16,231 nucleotides of DNA, from assembly GCA_964372185.1 (NCBI GenBank), contig CAYJPZ010000087.1, positions 1 through 16,231 on the forward strand, given 5' to 3'. Position 1 is the stretch's first letter. Every line of letters starts with the position of its first letter. The DNA is from an uncultured candidatus Brocadiaceae bacterium. Lineage in GTDB: Bacteria; Planctomycetota; Brocadiia; Brocadiales; Brocadiaceae. The position numbers and the translations under genes were made by a program. A model generated the notes under the pieces. The model saw nothing but the letters and a program-made list of their open reading frames with translations. It was not told the origin of the DNA and made no database searches. Shown piece after piece: positions 15,587-16,231 of the stretch.

Positions 15587-16231
15587 ATGAAGATGGTAAA
15601 GAGCAGAGAGAATAGCATAAAAGAAGAACCGATTGAAAAACAGCTTTGGAAGGCGGCAGACAAGCTCCGTAAGAATATTGATGCCGCAGAATACAAGCAC
15701 ATTGTCCTCGGTTTGATCTTCCTGAGATACATTTCCGACGCCTTTGAAGCCTTGCATACCAGGCTGAAAAACGGCACGGGTGAATACGCCGGGGCAGACC
15801 CCGAAGATAAGGACGAATACAAGGCGGAAAATGTCTTCTTTGTCCCCGAAATTGCCCGCTGGTCATATCTGCAATCCAAAGCAAAGCTTCCTACCATCGG
15901 CAAAGAAGTTGATAATGCGATGGACGCCATCGAGAAGGATAATCCATCGCTCAAAGACGTACTGCCGAAGGTCTTTGCGCGCGGAAACCTTGACCCCACC
16001 AGCCTTGGATGTTTAATAGACCTTGTTGGGAACATTGCCCTTGTCGATGCAAAAGCCCGCAGCGCCGACGTGCTCGGCCATGTGTTTGAATACTTCCTCG
16101 GTGAATTTGCCCTTGCCGAAGGAAAGAAGGGCGGGCAGTTCTATACGCCGCGAAGCGTTGTTGAGCTTTTGGTAGAGATGCTTGAACCGCATAAAGGCCG
16201 GGTGTTTGACCCCTGTTGCGGTTCGGGTGGT
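15587..16231 (+). CDS. hsdM: Type I restriction-modification system DNA methyltransferase subunit, 5' part (runs off the window)
   Basis: Not in the ORF track because it has no stop in the window. Translation gives [60 protein letters not shown]...[55 protein letters not shown], the canonical HsdM N-terminus with SAM motif I. The start could also be ATG 15593. Confidence 0.95.
   Translation, partial: MKMVKSRENSIKEEPIEKQLWKAADKLRKNIDAAEYKHIVLGLIFLRYISDAFEALHTRLKNGTGEYAGADPEDKDEYKAENVFFVPEIARWSYLQSKAKLPTIGKEVDNAMDAIEKDNPSLKDVLPKVFARGNLDPTSLGCLIDLVGNIALVDAKARSADVLGHVFEYFLGEFALAEGKKGGQFYTPRSVVELLVEMLEPHKGRVFDPCCGSGG

Noticed and set aside
15463-16035. 190-aa minus-strand ORF
   Set aside because: Antisense to the clear HsdM reading frame.
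1-16231. CRISPR arrays
   Set aside because: No regularly spaced short direct repeats were seen. The only notable repeats are the FliW duplication, its leaders, the attC arms and the 28-bp palindrome.

Overview
The window looks like a bacterial chromosome segment. Gene content and protein style suggest Planctomycetota, possibly an anammox-like Brocadiales lineage, but this is inference and untested. From left to right it contains: (1) a small decayed integron on the minus strand (about 225-2180), with a doubly deleted integron-integrase-like pseudogene, a convincing 91-bp attC site, a complete cassette encoding a membrane-anchored protein, and a second cassette ORF for a small Mrr-like endonuclease-domain protein; (2) an ABC-F ATPase; (3) csrA next to three FliW domains, one standalone and two fused in tandem, with duplicated upstream regions and Cys-containing leader peptides; (4) an M20 amidohydrolase and a perfect 28-bp palindrome; (5) a diguanylate cyclase with a truncated receiver domain; (6) an Ogt-like alkyltransferase and an HDxxH membrane protein; (7) tRNA-Ala(CGC); (8) a plus-strand cluster of acpS, small coiled-coil/TM proteins, a B12-binding radical SAM protein and a FabF-like ketosynthase; (9) the 5' part of a type I methyltransferase gene (hsdM) running off the right edge, with a possible transposase remnant antisense just upstream. 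The strongest leads are the integron with its cassettes in the same orientation as, and downstream of, the integrase; the FliW-FliW fusion beside csrA; and the radical SAM/ketosynthase cluster. All family names come from reading motifs; no database search was run.
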